Shown: positions 62,324 through 64,000 of the stretch, in pieces
Layout: every line of letters begins with the position of its first letter
Position numbering within the stretch: position 1 is the first letter of the stretch
Origin: Ostrea edulis
Taxonomy: Eukaryota
Length of the DNA: 64,000 nt
NCBI RefSeq assembly: GCF_947568905.1
Contig: NC_079170.1
Location: forward strand, 82,894,001 to 82,958,000
Reading direction: 5' to 3'
Translations under genes and position numbers: made by a program
The notes under the pieces: model-generated
What the model was told of the DNA's origin: nothing
Seen by the model: the letters and a program-made list of their open reading frames with translations, nothing else
Databases searched by the model: none

Positions 62324-62619
62324 GGGTACCTGTAAAGTGCGAAACGATATCGAAACAAAACGAAACGAAATCTACCGAAAAGAAACCCACCGAAACGAAA
62401 CAGATTGTATAATCAAACTCTTTTAATTATAATGATTAAAAATGATATCTTAGCCCCTGTTAAAGTTTACACATGTAAATAAAATTCGCCTCCCCTTTGA
62501 TGTAGGCTTTCGGCTTAACTGACACAAAGTTTTAAAAGTTGGTAGATTTTCGGTAGATTTCGTTTCGTTTCGGTAGATTTCGTTTCGTTTCGATTTCGTC
62601 TCGCACTTTACAGGTACCC
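62324..62619. mobile_element. 296-bp MITE with 9-10 bp TSD (Mutator-like by TSD length)
   Basis: TIR GGGTACCTGTAAAGTGCGA and subterminal (CGAAA)n inverted arrays; flanks GTGATATATT (62314-62323) and GTGATATATC (62620-62629). Confidence 0.78.
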
Positions 62620-63284
62620 GTGATATATCATATAAAATATTTAAAAGTATTTCCAAGTGTTTTATCATCATGGTGCTATATTGAGCAATCTTTTCTCTGG
62701 TATTGTCAGCTGGTATCAGATTTTGACTTCTAAATGACTACTGTTTTGTATGCGTATTATGAAATAATATGTATATGTAGGTTTATTTTTTAAACATTTT
62801 TTTTTCAGTTTTCTTTTACAATTTTGGATGGTAAGATATGTTTTTACTTGTTTCTTTTTTCCACTCTATAAGTATATACGCACAAAAGTACACAAATTGA
62901 TTTGAAGGACATTTTTTTTCTCAGTCAATGTTTGTTACATAACGATTTAATGTTAAGATTATATCTACTTGCAGTTATTAAACTTTATATACTGTCTTGC
63001 TGAAGTGAATTTCATTTATTTCTAGTCATCCCTATGACATGTTTAAAGAAAGAAAGTGAGACATTCATAAGTTAATCAAGATTTGTATACAATTTCTGTT
63101 CATTGCTTGACAGTTTCCTGTTCCAAATTAAATGTTACGAATTTCACGTTACATATGCTTTGCCATGTGAATGCGAATTTGTGGAAGTTGTTTCATAATT
63201 GATGGAAAATTTTATATATACATACATGTATTAAGTTAATGTCATTTTTGTTTGTTAGCAAGTTATTTCTTCTTCCTTCAGGCT

Positions 63285-64000
63285 TCTGATGCTTATCGAT
63301 TTTGAAAAGGCTTTCAATACTGTCTCCTGGAAATTTATTCAAGAAACATTGTTTTTTTTTAATTTTGATATTTCTATTCAAAACTGGATAAAATTATTTT
63401 ACAATCAAATGAAGTCATGTGTCATTCTAAATGGAATTATGTCACAATCAGTGCAGAACGGGGCTGTGGCAGGGCGATCCTATATCTCCTTACTTTATTT
63501 CTTCTATGTGCTGATTCAGAAATACTTGGTATTCTAAGTAAGTAAATAAGTAAATGACTTATTACAGTGACATGTGTTTTATACATTACATAATTGAAAA
63601 ATACATTAAACAGAATAATAGGAATTTAAACACCCGGCCCATCGGGCCTATATGTCACTTTTAACAGAAAAAAATTAAATAATAAATACAGCGGTACATG
63701 TATTACGCATGACTTTTGCTATTATGATATATGAATTACTAGCTGTCTATACATGTAGGTGGATGTGGAGAACAGAAATTTTGCAGTTTGTTTTGGAAAA
63801 TTTAATAATAGAATATTCTAATATGCAAAAACAAAGATATTAAAGGCATTACTATTGATGGGGAAGGATATAAGATATTTCAATATGCAGATGACACCTC
63901 ATTTAATTTAGATGGGTCTCCCACTTCCATGGATGGCATTATTAGAGTCCTAAATTACTTTACAATAATTTCAGGTCTAAAGATAAATTTTACAAAGACA
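63285..64000 (+). mobile_element. Decayed L1/Tx1-type LINE reverse transcriptase fragment
   Basis: LIDFEKAFNTVSWKFI...WIKLFY...SCVILNG (track ORF 63289..63537) and downstream KDIKGITI...QYADDT...SGLKINF (YADD codons from 63884). Confidence 0.8.

Overview
AT-rich, repeat-dense eukaryotic DNA, most likely a bivalve and probably an oyster (inferred from its SINE, Penelope-like and Helentron-type repeats). Most ORFs in the supplied track are artefacts of tandem repeats or decayed retroelements; the real genes are spliced and were rebuilt by hand from splice sites and reading frames. Contents, left to right: (1) three tandem paralogous single-pass membrane protein genes (+, 810-27815), each with a 106-nt transmembrane exon, two of them with Tyr-motif-rich tails; (2) many decayed Naiad-type Penelope-like retroelement pieces and SINEs; (3) an intron-containing piggyBac-like pseudogene (33299-35827) next to an ISL2EU/PHIS-type two-gene DNA transposon, with an open THAP+DDE transposase (-) converging on an open 6-exon SWIM+YqaJ nuclease gene (+), 36382-41250; (4) a complete 8-exon secreted galaxin-like gene with a possible NTR-like C-terminus (-, 49319-57179); (5) three internal exons of a PTPDC1-like phosphatase (+, 58792-62083), then an L1-type RT fragment. 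The least expected observation: two minisatellites are amplified copies of a functional splice junction (about 65 copies of a donor at 23330-25675; nine extra acceptor copies at 61501-61967, each leading to a stop codon). No CRISPR array, rRNA, true tRNA gene or prokaryote-type system is supported. I cannot confirm novelty without database searches.
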